Part shown: positions 1-13,800 of the stretch, one piece after another
Numbering within the stretch: position 1 is the first letter of the stretch
Layout of the letters: every line of letters starts with the position of its first letter
Origin: Dimorphilus gyrociliatus
Taxonomy: Eukaryota > Animalia > Annelida
Reading direction: 5' to 3'
Assembly: GCA_904063045.1 (NCBI GenBank)
Contig: CAJFCJ010000031.1
Coordinates: 62,001-126,000 of the forward strand
DNA: 64,000 nt
Notes under the pieces: generated by a model
Databases searched by the model: none
Told to the model about the DNA's origin: nothing
Seen by the model: the letters and a program-made list of their open reading frames with translations, nothing else
Position numbers and translations under genes: made by a program

Positions 1-494
1 TCGAAACTGTTTAATTTAATTCTTGAGTAGTAAAATAATAAGTTGTGAAGTAAAGTGGTAAACTGGTAATTATGGAATAATACCAACAAATACATATCAT
101 AAATGGTTTAAATCTGATCTAAGTAATGCGATACTTATGCAAGGTAAACCTATAATAGGATGGGGAAATAAATAGTTGTAATGGTAGAGATCAAAATTAG
201 AATTTTTATTAAGAATATTTATATCTGCAAATTTGCTTATAGATTTTATTATCTTCTGTGATATAAATATTGAAACTTATTACATTTTTTCGCTTATAAT
301 ACATAGGATTTCGTCAATAAAAGGTCCCTTTTAGGGATGACCAAGAAATTTTTCCTAACCAATAATATTTCTGCAACTTTTACAGAATTCAGTCGGATAT
401 TATATATAGTGCAAAGCAGATACATGCGAGAGAAGCGACACCTATGCAACATAAAAGTCGACGAAGGTGTTAGAGCATCTAGTCGCTCTCGTGA

Positions 495-1106
495 ATGGCT
501 AACGGAAGTCGGGAAAAGATAACAATCGTCGTATTGGGAGCGTCAGGCGTTGGAAAGACATCACTAATAGAGCAATTTTCTAAACAATGCTTCAATGACT
601 GTTATTCACCTACAAGACAGCGTAGTGCTTACTTTGTAAATGTGCTAATAAATGACCGATTACACGATGTTCAAATAATTGATCTACCTACGTTGGTTAA
701 TTTTCCAAAAGACGGTGCCTACGAAAAGGATTATAAAAATTTAAGAGATGCCTCAGCCTATATATTAGTGTTCGATTGCTCATCGGAAAAGACTTTTTTG
801 TATGTTTCGAAAATTCGAAAGCAGATACAACAATGGTCAAAAACCGTCCGTCGTGAAGCACCACCAATTGCCGTTGTTGGTAATAAATATGATGTAGCTG
901 GTATGTCGGCAGCTTTACGAAAAGAATACGCAAATCTAATAAGAAAGCAATGGAAATGTGGTTATTATGAAACGTCAGCCAAGTTTAATTGGCATGTCGT
1001 ATTAGTTTTTAAAGAGCTCTTTGTACAAATGGACCAGAACTCTAATAAGAATGCTTCAGTTAAACTGAATGGTACTTTCCGGACGAGTAAATGTACGATT
1101 TTGTAA
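495..1106 (+). CDS. RASL10: RASL10-like Ras-family small GTPase (single exon, 203 aa)
   Basis: P-loop GASGVGKT, NKYD (G4), ETSAK (G5) and C-terminal CAAX box CTIL. The atypical G3 (IIDLP in place of DTAG) and the WKCGYYETSAKFNWHV segment match RASL10A/B (WKCGYVECSAKYNWH). Confidence 0.88.
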   Translation: MANGSREKITIVVLGASGVGKTSLIEQFSKQCFNDCYSPTRQRSAYFVNVLINDRLHDVQIIDLPTLVNFPKDGAYEKDYKNLRDASAYILVFDCSSEKTFLYVSKIRKQIQQWSKTVRREAPPIAVVGNKYDVAGMSAALRKEYANLIRKQWKCGYYETSAKFNWHVVLVFKELFVQMDQNSNKNASVKLNGTFRTSKCTIL

Positions 1107-4100
1107 GACGAAATGGTATGATTTTAGAAATACTTGACTGTTAAACAGCTTAGGGATAAACAGTATATAAAAAAAATTACAATTCCATCACATTTTCCTT
1201 TATTAAAAAGTAACAGTTTATAAATTTAACGCAAACTTAATTGATCGTGTAACAGATGTATATTTATGTATGAAAAAATAAATTATGGCTTATTCTTAAC
1301 ATATATAAATATATTAAGTATATATATTAGTATATACATATAAATTTATATGTATAAATATATATATATATATACTGTATATATACTAATATATTTTAAT
1401 ATTTATATATAAAAATTCATGATGCCAGTCATGGCAAACGAGATAAGCTCGCAATAAAAATCAATGTACAAACTAATTTCAAATGAGATATCAAATTAAT
1501 TTTTACCTATTTTTAATAGAAGAAAAAAGTAAAAACGGCATTTTCTATGTCAGTTACTGCAAGAAGGCTTGTAAACAAATCATCCCTCGCCAACCATAAA
1601 TGTCAGGACCTTTTTCGCGTGCAGTTAATGAAGGAGTGGAGGGGGAGCCAGTTCGATCCAGCGTGATAGTAATTATAATGTACTTATACTGACAAACCAT
1701 TCATTAGCTTCAGTTGGCACACCGATTCTCTGAAATCTTTCTGTAATCGATGAGCGCTTAATTAGAAAACGGGTTACTTCCCTTTTCCTCCTCTTTTTTA
1801 TTTGATAAACGGTGCCAAAAAAAAAATGAAAACGATAATTCCATTTCTATTCTATGTCTTTATTTTCTTTTTTTCGATGTTGGCGGTCGTGAAATGGATC
1901 AATCTTCTCGATCTAGACAGATCGATTATCATATATGTCTACAAATTGCCTCTTTTTCTTTCCTGTTTTTCACTCATCCTTTATAAAAAGAAAACAAGGT
2001 TTCCCACCCTCCTCTCTTATTTATCATTTTAAAAGGACGTGTTAGCCCTAAAATAGTTCCTTTTTGCTTAAAGCGTATGTAATAGAAAATATTCATTTTA
2101 ATTACTTATACATAAAAATATAACATATACTGTATGTAATGTATAAAGTATAATAAAAATTTATATTCAGTATACATATGATTATAAATATAATATTTAA
2201 GATTAAATGCATTTGCACTTAGTCATATATCTATATATATATATATATTAAGTATGTAAAATCATGTAAAGGAAATCTAAATTAAACGCCCAGTTCCTAC
2301 TAACAACTAATTGCTCGTAATACAAATTTTCCAACGTTATATCTCACATTCGTGCAGGATGGCTACAATTTCATGACATGCTCGTCTATTTTACACGATA
2401 CAAATAATACTAAAATATACTTTTATGATAATTGTTCTATGTATACACTATATGATTTAGTACTTGGATACACCAGAGGAAAATATTTCTGAACCTTAAG
2501 GGAATATCTCTCTCTTTCTGTCTCTTTCTGTCACTGATTTTTTTCCCTTTCATCCTCTTTGAAATTCGACCATGTATTATAATTTAGCGTGTTAAAAACG
2601 GAGATATCGACAGTGCTCTTTCCGTTATTTCTCTTCCTTGTTATTATTTAAAATATATACAGTATATTTTGATATTTTATATAACATGATAATAAACACC
2701 GCTCTGCGATAATGTAATAATAATCCGGAAATTATTAATTTTAATCTTTGCCACCCGATTAGCCAGCGGTGCAGACGTGACGAATTTTCGGAGGAAAACT
2801 CTTACCGTTGAGAAAAAGACGCTTAAGGCGAGGAGTGGGGGAGGGTGGGAAGGGGGGAGAAGACTAGACATTTTTGCAAACTATAAAAAGATTATCAGCT
2901 CTTCCTCTCTAAACTCCTTAAACTTTTTCTCTTTAAAATTTTATATTACTTGTACAATTGGCATAAAAGTAGTAATAAAAAATTTAATATAAAGACTATT
3001 TCTACTAAAAGCATAAACGGTGCAAAAGGAGTGGAAAAGATATATAATTAAATTATACTAGCCTTGCTTTTTAAAGAAGATGGTACACAATGACTCTATT
3101 CTTTAAAGAATGTTTGGACTTGAGTCAATGGTAATCTCATCAATTTTAGTATAACTAAATAAAATAAAGTGGGAATAGTGGACAGTATTACGAAAGAGAG
3201 ATAGAGAAAAAAAACTGCAACTAAGATATTAGTACAGTCGTCAATGGAAGATAATTATTCAACTGAGTACATTCCATTGAAGAGGGATTATTTGACAACC
3301 TGTACAAATTATAAATTTGTCGGATTAAACAGAGATAATCTATTTGTAAACAGAAGGGAATATAGAGTTTAAAAAAAGGATAGATAGCGAGAAGAGATTT
3401 ATAATGATTGATTTATCCTAAAAAAAAGAGAAGAATCTTGATGATGATAGCTATTTTCTGGTAATCAAATGAGAAAAGTACGTACTACTTCTTAAAAGAG
3501 AGCTCGAGAACTCTAAATACAGTGAAGAAAAATATGCAACCCGATATCAGATGGCAATAGTTTAGCTCTAAGGGTAATTTAACAATCGCTTTTCCGGTAT
3601 TTAATTATACGCGCCAGATTCTGCCTGAGTACCGTTATCAAGAATATTTATGATAAAAATCATAGAAAATATTATTAAAGGTAAGAGTAAAATGATTCTC
3701 TTTAAGATCACCTCAGGCTCAACTATAATTAATTATTTACAGATGCTATTACATAGAAATTGTAAATCCTTAGGCAAGGGACATTGTAATTTTACTTAAT
3801 CAATCAAGCAGAATGTAAATTGTAAAAGAAGATCGTAGAAATCTTTCTAATAGAAGTAAAATTAAATCGATGGCAAATGTTTTAAAATCTAAAAATAACA
3901 TTTGTTTACACTTATCTTTCCTTTATTGAGAAAAATTAGGAAATGAAAGTAATATTTGAGCTTGTAATTAGCTTTTTTAAAAGTAAAAAAGAGAGAAAAG
4001 TAAAGAGGAAATTAATAATTTACAGTTGAAAAAAAAACGGAGTGTAAAGGAGAAAAGGTATAAGTTGGATAAGGTTAACTATACCATTACTTTTCCAAGA

Positions 4101-6282
4101 AGCCAATAAGCTTTTTGTATAAGAAAATCGAGAAACGTAACCAGTTTGTTTTGTTTTTAATGTCATCTTACGCGTCTTTTTCTATGCTATATACTAATAA
4201 ACTGTATATTATATTTAAACCGGTTGTTTATAGACCCAGAATCCACATAACAGTTTAATTAAGAATAGTACCATCTTTATTAATTTTTTTTCCCCTACAA
4301 GCAAAGTTTGGTCGGAAATGAAAAGGATAAATCAAGATAATGCGATTAAGCTTTTTATCGAAAAAAGATAACCAAGAATTTGAAGAATTCTCTTTCAAAA
4401 GAACTTCTAAAAGTACTCGTATTTTACGCTAGAAGAGAAATTAATTGATAAGCTTTACCCAAGTTCACGGGAGTCCTATAATTTAATTATATAAATGTTT
4501 AAGGTTGGATACAAAAGTGATACAATAATTGGAGTGGTCGGCGTCAACTTGGCGTTAAGTAATCTACTAAACGAAATAACCTACTTTTACGCCAGCTTCA
4601 AGTAGAAAAATTACATTCTACCCAAAGTAGTTTGTTACAATCAACGATAGCAAATCTTTTCCTTTCTCTTTGATTAGAATATAGAGAAGAATTTATAGGA
4701 TTTATTGAAAAAATTTTGCGGTACATACTGTATTTTCACTGTATATAAAAATTAAATAGAGAAAAAAAGCAATAATTCATCTGAATCTACTCGACGACGT
4801 TAGGGATGAAGTGTAGGCAGGCGTTGAAGGTTTAAGAATGATAAAGGAGAAGGCAAAGATGGTTTGTTAGACAGGGATAAAATGATAACTGTACAGATTG
4901 ACGATAAAATTATTGAATCTTATCAAATAGAAGGAATAAATAGTAGGAATTTTATCAATATTTAACCAGAAATAATTCAACGATCGAATTGGTAATTTCA
5001 TTAAATACAATATTATTGATTTAGTGAAATCATATTACTTATTGGATGCAAAGATTAAATCACTCTGTGAAGTATTATATTTTGTCTAATGGTGGGAGAT
5101 AAGAAAAAATCAAATTAATACTGTTTGCGATTTAATGGTACAATACGTGATCCGGAAATAGGCCCCATCATTTGTTGTTGGACCGCAATCTTTTGGTAAT
5201 CCGCTGAAAGCTCTTTATCAAGATTTAAGCGTTCGGTGAGGGGGAGGGATGAAGCCAGTGACAAAGGGGAAAACAACCTCTATATTTGGTTGTAATGAAC
5301 CGATATTGTTGGAAGAAAATCGTGAAAGGTCATCAGTTTTAGAGAAGTGGACGAAAGTATCATTCCCCTCAGTCATAAACTCTGCTATAGTTAGTCGGTT
5401 AGGTGTCTTAAGATGAGTAGAAATCTTAAAAATGATCGAATCGACTAGCGGAAGAGTGCCGATGAACTAATTGGTATGTTTGGATTGGGCTTAATGATAA
5501 AAACCTTGGTTAGGATATTGTAAAATCACGTACAAGATTGCAGATTAGAAGATACAAATTTTATGTTAAAGGACGCGAGTGGTTATTTAATCTATCATCC
5601 GCAATTCGAGTTGGAGTATAACTCAACACAATTAATTCATTTTCGTAGAATTGGATAAAGATATAAGTACATTCGTTGTTAAAGATAATATTTATTCTAT
5701 ATATACAAATTTTAAAGTTTATTGATATAGGGAAAAATCATATACTAAAGGAAAACTCTGCAACGAAATATCATTATTACTTAGTCAGTTTTTTCCATAA
5801 ATATCCAAGATATTAATTGTACCAAGGAAACAAAATTAAAAGATGTAAATGCCAGCTCGATTGTACGTAAAGACCTTCAGAAAGAGTTCGTACTGTTAAC
5901 GTCTCTTAGATAAACTATAAGTGCACTCTTAAAAAATTGTCAAATGGTTATGAATGGGTAAAAACGCTCAGAAACTGGAAAAGAACAAATAAAAGCTATG
6001 AATACAATTGCCCTTGTATTCGGGACGTCTCAAGTCCCCACGACGAATGTGACAATCGATTTACTAGCAACGGGTAAATATACAGGAGAATTTATTATTC
6101 TGCCTACTGTCATTAGTTTATTATTTCTAATTATACATATCCTTTGTATCCGTTTTATTAAATCAATATTTTATTAACAAAAACTGTTTTATTAATTAAT
6201 TACAGCTGAAGGTGACGTTCTTGGTTATTTTTTTAAGAACAAAAGATATAAATATACTGTATACAATATACTTACTATACAG

Positions 6283-6283
<1 letters not shown>

Positions 6284-6314
<31 letters not shown>

Positions 6315-6326
6315 CTTATCTATTAA

Positions 6327-6362
<36 letters not shown>
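6284..6362. repeat. Interrupted (TA)n microsatellite
   Basis: Two long TA runs separated by tttacttatctattaattaa; preceded by TACTGTA (6255) and TACAGTA (6278). Confidence 0.9.
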
Positions 6363-6366
<4 letters not shown>

Positions 6367-7118
6367 ATAATTTATAGCATATTGATAGTAGACCACAGAT
6401 CTTGGGGTACAAGTCCTTTTTATAATTTCTATATAAGATGAGTAAATATTACACAAGCATCATCTTCCAGTCAACCGTTCAGTCAGTCATTTTTTTAGTA
6501 GGCCAACGTAGACATAATTACCGTTTCTGCTGGTTGTATTTTTCCGCTTTTGGAACGTCATAAAAACTTAACTTAATTGCCTAATGGTACGGGAAATAAT
6601 AATAATTATGCCGGTAGAGATAATCTTATATTTAGATTTAAAGGATTATTTTTTTAAATAAAATAATTTGCTGAAAGGCTAGAAAAACACAAACTAATGA
6701 GATGTAAGATAAGATGATAGAGAGAGAGAAATAAGAAGAAGGAAAATGATTTTAGAGGAATGGAATTTTTCTAAAAAATTTTAGTTTTAAGTCGGATATG
6801 CTTTAATGAGACCAAAAGCCTTATTAAGCAGTGCCAGTTGATGGTAATATTATACTTTATTCGGATACAATTTAAAGATTTAAGGAAGACAGAAATATCT
6901 CTCTACGTGATAAGGAATAATCTTTAGCGTAGAAATTTTACCAAAGAATTAATTGATGATATTTGATAGTAGATGGAGTTGGTCGATTCTATTTTAATGC
7001 TACAGAGAGTTGCACTAATAACAGGTAACGGCAGCTTGATCTACTCAATAAACTTAAATGACAGAAAAAAATACAACTTATTCTGCCTAGAAGGTTCTTT
7101 GACAAACTTATCTATATA

Positions 7119-10086
7119 TTACTCAATTATGTTACTGTCATTATTTTGACGTTGCATCAACTCCCAAAAAACTCCGCGCTTTTTTATCAAGCTCTCGTAG
7201 TTTCCACTCTGTAAAAAAATCGCAAGATCGTTAATAGGCTAAGTTTTTTGTTTCGACGTGATTACCTCAACAATTTCCCCTTTTGACAAAACGTGAATTA
7301 TATCAGCGTTACGAATTGTTGTAAGTCGATGAGCAATTACTAAAACAGTGCGCCCTTTAACGGCTTTATCGAGGGCCTCTTGCACAATTCTTTCTGATTC
7401 GGTGTCTAAGGCGCTAGTAGCCTCATCCAAGATTAAAATAGCAGGATCCTTTAGTAAGGCTCTTGCGATGGCAATTCTCTGCTTCTGCCCTCCAGACACT
7501 GTTTGACCCTTTTCTCCCAAAATTGTATCGTAACCCTCCGGAAATTCACTAATGAAGGGGTGAGCGTTAGCCTTTTTCGAAGCGTCTTCTACTTCCTCAT
7601 CTGAAGCTTCCGGGCGACCATAACGAATATTCTCTCTAACGGATGTAGCAAACAAAACAGGCTCTTGACTTATGTATCCTATTGCTCTCCTTCTTAGCCA
7701 CTTAGGATCTAAATCTTTTATATTTTCGTTGTCAATTAGGATGGATCCTTCATCCACATCGTAAAATCTTTCCAACAGAGAGGCAATAGTCGATTTTCCG
7801 CTACCGGATAAACCACAGAGTGCAACCATCTTACCAGCCGGGAGAACAACGTTTAAATTTCTCAATACTACAGCTTCTTTTCTAGATGGATAGGAAAATG
7901 TAACATTATCATATATAACTTTGCCTTGTAGGTGGTCGATTTTTAGGCCACTTGAAGTTGAACTGCCTAACAGGGATGGTAACTCCAAATACTACATCAA
8001 GCGAAGTGGTAATAAATTAAATGAGAAAAGATGTTTGACAAGAAAAATTGTAAATTACTTGAAAAACACGACCGCACGCTGTATAACCCCTAACAGTTTG
8101 ACCTGAAAGTAAAAGTAGCTGAGTAAGCGACCTGAAAAACAAACATAATAAGAGTATGTATTACAGAGAATTGAATTAGAAAAATGCGTTTAGTATATTA
8201 CTTTTGAATCGTCTGAGAAGCAACAAGAAATGACATAAGATCTCCGGCGTCTATCTTATTTTGCGACATTAAATAACCTCCTATCATGAGAGTTCCCAGA
8301 ACGACACCTTTAAATAAATTCATGATTCGTGCTGCTTTGTACCTTTAAGGATTCCAAACCTACCGTTAAGAGTTATATTTGAAAGGCCTTGTAGAATGCC
8401 AATTCCAAATCCAAGTTTTATACTTAACTTTGTCGCTAGGTCGAGTTCTCTTTCATAAAGTCTAAAATGTTTCTATAATTAATGTAAAGGATGTAGATTT
8501 CTCATTAATACTAATGTGAAAGATGAAAGAATGAATTTTTCGTATGTAGAAAGTAGGCCATTTAAAAAGCAAAATAGGTAATTATTTAAAAAAGAAAAAT
8601 CAACATTTATAACTCAAGGCAATTCGTAAGGACAATAATTGTCTTATTATTATTCATTTTATGCCATTTCGAAGAGTGTCTTCTAAGTGAATGTTTAAAA
8701 TTATATAATACTGGTAAGGGTATTTACATTAGATAAAAGTATTATTTTGTTTTTTGCTTTTAAAAAAATATAAACAAAATAGAGTATTATAAAACAAACC
8801 TTTCTTCTTCATGTTCCATTGCAAAAGCTCGTACGGTTCGAATATTAGATATGGCTTCGTCAGCTACACCAGTTGCTTTTGAAACCTGTAAACAAACGTG
8901 TATCACGTGAAAGGAAAAATAGGATCAAAAGAATTATGCAGGAAAGCTTACTTGATTCTGAGCTCTCTTAGACAGCTTGCGTAATACAGACCCTAGACCT
9001 GTACCTATACCAATTAAAGTTGGTAGAAGAATACCAAGAGTCAGAGTCAGTTCGCTAGAGACTTTCCATAAAGCTAGACTACATCCAACTATCTGATTTA
9101 AAAGTAAAGAGTCTTTCAGATACACTGTATACTGTATATATACATATGTATACACATATAAAAGTACAAGTATATAACCTGAGTTATACATCGGATTCCT
9201 TGCGAAATACAGAGCTTAAAAGTGCTTTTAAATTCTTGAACATCAGAAGTTAATCTATCAACTAATTGACCTGTTCTTCGTTCATCGAAGAACGATATAT
9301 CTTGATTTATTATAGAATGAAAGAGATCCTTTCTTAAGTCATTTGCTACACTTTCTCCAACATATCCAATACATGTAATGTAAGAAAAAGTTAAAATACC
9401 CTAAAATAGTTCAATTCGATTAAGAAATATTCGTATAATTCTTTAAGAAAACAACCTGCACAATATAATATCCTATCATCTTCTTTGCTGGTCCAATAAG
9501 AGAGTATAGTATATTTTTATCAGTGTTCTTATTTGCCTCAGATATTACATTAACAATTTTTCCTAATTGAAGTGGAATTTGAATATTTACAATTGCTACA
9601 GCAAGTGCCATCTGTAACACAAAAATATTAAGACTTTTGCTTTGCTTTATCATAGAAAGACCATACAGCAATAGCGGCAATTAGATATCCAATGTAGGAG
9701 CAAAGGAAAGATAGAAAAAGACGCCAATTAAATGGATGCTCCTCATCCTCCGATTTTAGAACAGTAACTCGATTTCTTGTTAGATGATTGTTATCGCATC
9801 TTGCCACGAATTTGGACCTTCCTAAAGTTGAAAGAATAGATATTCCAGCCAATCCCTTAAAAATTATAGGTGATCGTTTGCTCTCTTTACATTTTTTAAC
9901 TTCTCTCACGCCCCTCTCTAGAAACTTTATGATTTTATTAGGCTTACTTAATGAAGAACGCGATCTGAAATGGTCAGAGAATTAGCGATAATGTAGAGAG
10001 TTGGAGTAAACTAACAGTAAATTTAATGAAGATATCAGGTGAACTCCTCTGTTGGAGAATCCTGAGCATATTTTTGAAAGACTCAT
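7119..10086 (-). CDS. ABCB8: ABCB8-like mitochondrial ABC half-transporter (multi-exon)
   Basis: ATG at 10086 gives [34 protein letters not shown] (Arg/Ser-rich, mitochondrial-presequence-like) across a 51-nt intron (10015-9965). TMD segments [21 protein letters not shown] and [15 protein letters not shown]...[11 protein letters not shown] are ABCB8-type. NBD has [28 protein letters not shown] and IAHRL. The last exon [21 protein letters not shown]...IIE* ends at 7119. Confidence 0.92.
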
Positions 10087-10895
10087 TTAATTAATTATCT
10101 CAGCATTCGTATTCTTGACAACAAGCATTCTCACATGTTTTGTGAACTTTAGAAATACTGTTCAAGGCCAGTTTGAAATTGATGTCGACTTTCAAGCAAT
10201 GTCCAAGATGAGCGGTAGTTTTAATATTTCTTCGGGGTTAATTTAATAATTTTCGATAAATTTTAATTTTTTGAAGTAAAAATGTATGTCAAATTAGGAA
10301 TTAATAATATAAAAGATTCATAAATGAATATTTTAAATCATTTTAGAATATCTTGTAAGAAAGTGTTGATATATTTTCAAGAAATGCATAATTTATATTA
10401 TATTTTCAATTCTAAAAATCATAACACTGCCAGATATATTAAGTTAACGGTTAATCTAGTTGGCAGCTGTTTAGTTATTATAAATATAAATAACAGTAAC
10501 TTTGTGTGAAACTATCAAACGTGTGCTGAGGTCAAGGACGATATTCTTGCTTAAGATTTTTAAGTTGCTTTTCGAATCATCCAACAAATATTATTTTTTT
10601 TTCAGATTATTAATTTTTTTATGAAATACTTTTTGAAATCTCATGGAATAATCATAAATTAAGAAAACATCTTTAGACTGGTTCCTGTCCTTTTTTGAAC
10701 CACACTTCAAAATTTGGAAACTTTATAGAACCGAAACTTAACTGCAAGAACGAAACTGTCCCTTTTATAGTGGAATTCTTTTAGAGAATCAACCAAAAGT
10801 GTATATTTACATCATATCCACTATATATTTTTAATTTTAACTAAATTTTTATAATTTTATCGTGCACTTTTTGAGGAATTTTCGGTTTTGTTAGT
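10087..10895. promoter_or_regulatory. Probable bidirectional promoter between ABCB8-like (-) and RNF213-like (+)
   Basis: The divergent inferred start codons (10086 and 10896) are ~810 bp apart with no convincing ORF between them. Confidence 0.6.
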
Positions 10896-13800
10896 ATGGA
10901 CGGGCTCGATGCTGATGGTTTTAGGATAGCTAATAATGACTCTCCACCAAAAGAAGGTTTGTTTAATTGATACTTCGACCCAGATATATTTTTAACATTT
11001 GTATACGTTCTATATTAGCTTGAATTAGTTTAGTTATGCCTTAAAACTATAAATAAATAATGAGTCACTTTTGTTTTGGGGAAAGGCTATATATTATCAA
11101 ACTAATTATGATTTTATGACATTTTGTTCGTTAGGTAATCGAACACCATGGCTTAGTATACAAATATTGTCCAATATTTTGCATAAACTAATAATAGGAA
11201 TTTTATGTTGGTAGATAAAGTACCAGAGGAAAATGTAAAAAAGCCACAACTGCCCAGTACAATTGACGGGTCAGGAGACAGTACCACTCTGCATGGTGAA
11301 GGTACTGCAAGTGGAGTAAACTCAACAGAGCCTGTGGAACAGGATGTAAAGAAAGAAAAACTATCGAAGAGTGATATCAAGTCTTTTGGCGAAGATGATA
11401 TTCCTCTTCAACAACAAGGAAACACCGAATTAGAGATTACTGAAATAAAGGAAAAATTAAACTTGAATAAAGAAAGCATTTGCAAAATTACCAATAAATC
11501 AGATAGCGAAAAAAATATAGAAAAACGAGGAGATGAAGGTGAAAATAGTAAGAATGAGTCAACTCAAGCATTATGTAACAAAACTTCTCCTCAACAAAAA
11601 AACATCGATTCAAAGAATGATGAAACTAAAGAAAAGTCAATTATAAATAGCAAAACTGGTTGTAAACGAATTGAAAAGCCTGCTTCTGATTGCTCTCCAC
11701 CTCATCAAGGCAGCGAGGCTTCTCAATCCTCAGAAGATTTTAGTAAACATGATACCAGAACTGGAGGACAAGTAAAATAAAATTATATAATAAAAATCTT
11801 TAATACCTGGAAAATATTTATATACTTTTCTAGAAACTACCTAAGAAATCAGATGAATTTCAACAGTCCAAAAAAAAGTATTATTTACATTTTACTGGAA
11901 ATTAATTTAATTAAAAGAAAATAAAATTTTTTAAAAGTCCAAAAAAGAACAAGAACAAACAACAAAATTGCAGTCAAACAAACGTTATATTTCATTGTAT
12001 AGTTGACAACAAACTGCTGGATGATTACAAGATTTATTTCGAAGGGGAATTTTCAGAACATCGCTTTTATGAACAAGTACAAGTGGTGACTGGGTTAATA
12101 GATTAGAAATTATTTATTTTCTCTATCCATTTTTAAATAATACTGTTCTTCTATTTAGACCTCTTGAAGACACTTTACATTTAGGGAAAACTGAAATTTC
12201 TATCCCATGCCATTTATCCCATGAAAAATATCGAAAAATAGAGTATAGATATGGTTTTGTAAAACCTGGTAATCAGAAACCGAAAACCTATGAAACTCTA
12301 CAAGATTTTGATAGAGCTTGTGGGTCAAAACGAACTCTTTGCCTAGCAGACTTCAAAGATCTTTATCATAATAAAAGTAAGTATAAATTAATTTTTAGTA
12401 ATGACTTTAAATTAGTCTCTACTCCAATTAGAACTATATGTTTTGGATGGGTTTATTCATTCAAAAAAATCTTTGAAGAAAAGTATCTTTGGTAGAGTTT
12501 ATAAATTCATTTCGGGCTTTGTTAAACATGAGACCCACCCAAACACTATGGCAGGTAATGTATTGTTCTTTATGAATGATTCTTTAGTATTAGATTTTGT
12601 TTTACATAGGAATTAATGCTTTCATGCCTTGTTATAAGAATTTTGATGGAACTCATAATAAAATAAAGTTCAACAGTGATGGAGAGTTTCTAAAAATAAT
12701 GATGTCGTTTTTTAGAACATTTCTAGGAAAGGATAAGATTTTTATGAAATCAGTTAGTTATTTTTTTCTTTATATAATTAACTTAATCAATCGACTATTT
12801 AGGTTATAACGGAATATATTAACAAATGCATTGAAGCACTACGCCCTTCTCAAGACATGAAAGCTAAGATGAGCCTTTCACTAATAAGCTGCCTTTTTAT
12901 CGCCGAATTTGAACTTGAAGTAAAACTTGCACCTTTCTCATTATTTGATCTGGAAAAATCGAACTCGAAATGCGTCAATGATATATTTCAAACAATCTTC
13001 GAAGAATTTAGTGATTGTCTGCCCATTATTCCTAGGTAGTGCTCTCCTGCTACTAACATTAAAATTGTACAATTTATTTTTCAGATTAATAAAGCAGCTT
13101 GTGAATAATTGTATTAAAGCAGGAATTAATGACGAATGGTTTTTCATTGTGCCTCTTTACCATTTGTTTTCCGATTCTTACAAGATACTTTCGCCGAAAC
13201 ATTTCGTTGCAGAGCACCAATCAGAAAAATGGTGGAATACCGATTGGTTGTCAGAAGTAAAAAAATTAAAAACACATATTATGGAAACAGATCCACAGGA
13301 GTATGAGATCTATTTATATATATACATATAAATATATTTTTAAATGATTTTAAATGTAGATCAAAAAAAAGTCTACAACTTTTCAAAAACATCTTTGAAA
13401 TTGATGAGCAACTTCCAGTGTTGTTTGCTGCTACTAGACCATTTTCCCATTTGTCTGAAACGTTTAGCTCCAAAATGTTTAGACCGGAGATAATTATGGC
13501 TTCATTTTACTTCTGGTTTAAAGAAATTTCCGTAAGGCTTAAATCGTTATTTCTCCTATAACTACTAATAATAATAAACATAGGGCTCATTAAACCTAGA
13601 ACTAGACCCATACCTCTCACCTTCAATATTAGGCGGCTTGTCAGACGGTTTGGAGAAAATGAAAGAGAAGTATGAACATCAACTTACATACAGTATAATT
13701 TACTATATGATATTCATTATTTTCTTATTATAGTAATCATAGTAGAGAAGAGTGGATTGTTTTATGCGATATTTCTTTTAGCTTGTTAAAAAAACTTCAA

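Noticed and set aside
1651-1659. GTTCGATCC B-box/tRNA T-loop-like motif
   Set aside because: No cloverleaf or acceptor stem can be built around it.
1802-2992. Short Phe/Ile/Lys-rich ORFs here and in other gaps (30180-33000, 41840, 54023-57266, 62883-63831)
   Set aside because: Their composition mirrors poly-T/poly-A non-coding DNA; no domains or splice-linked partners.
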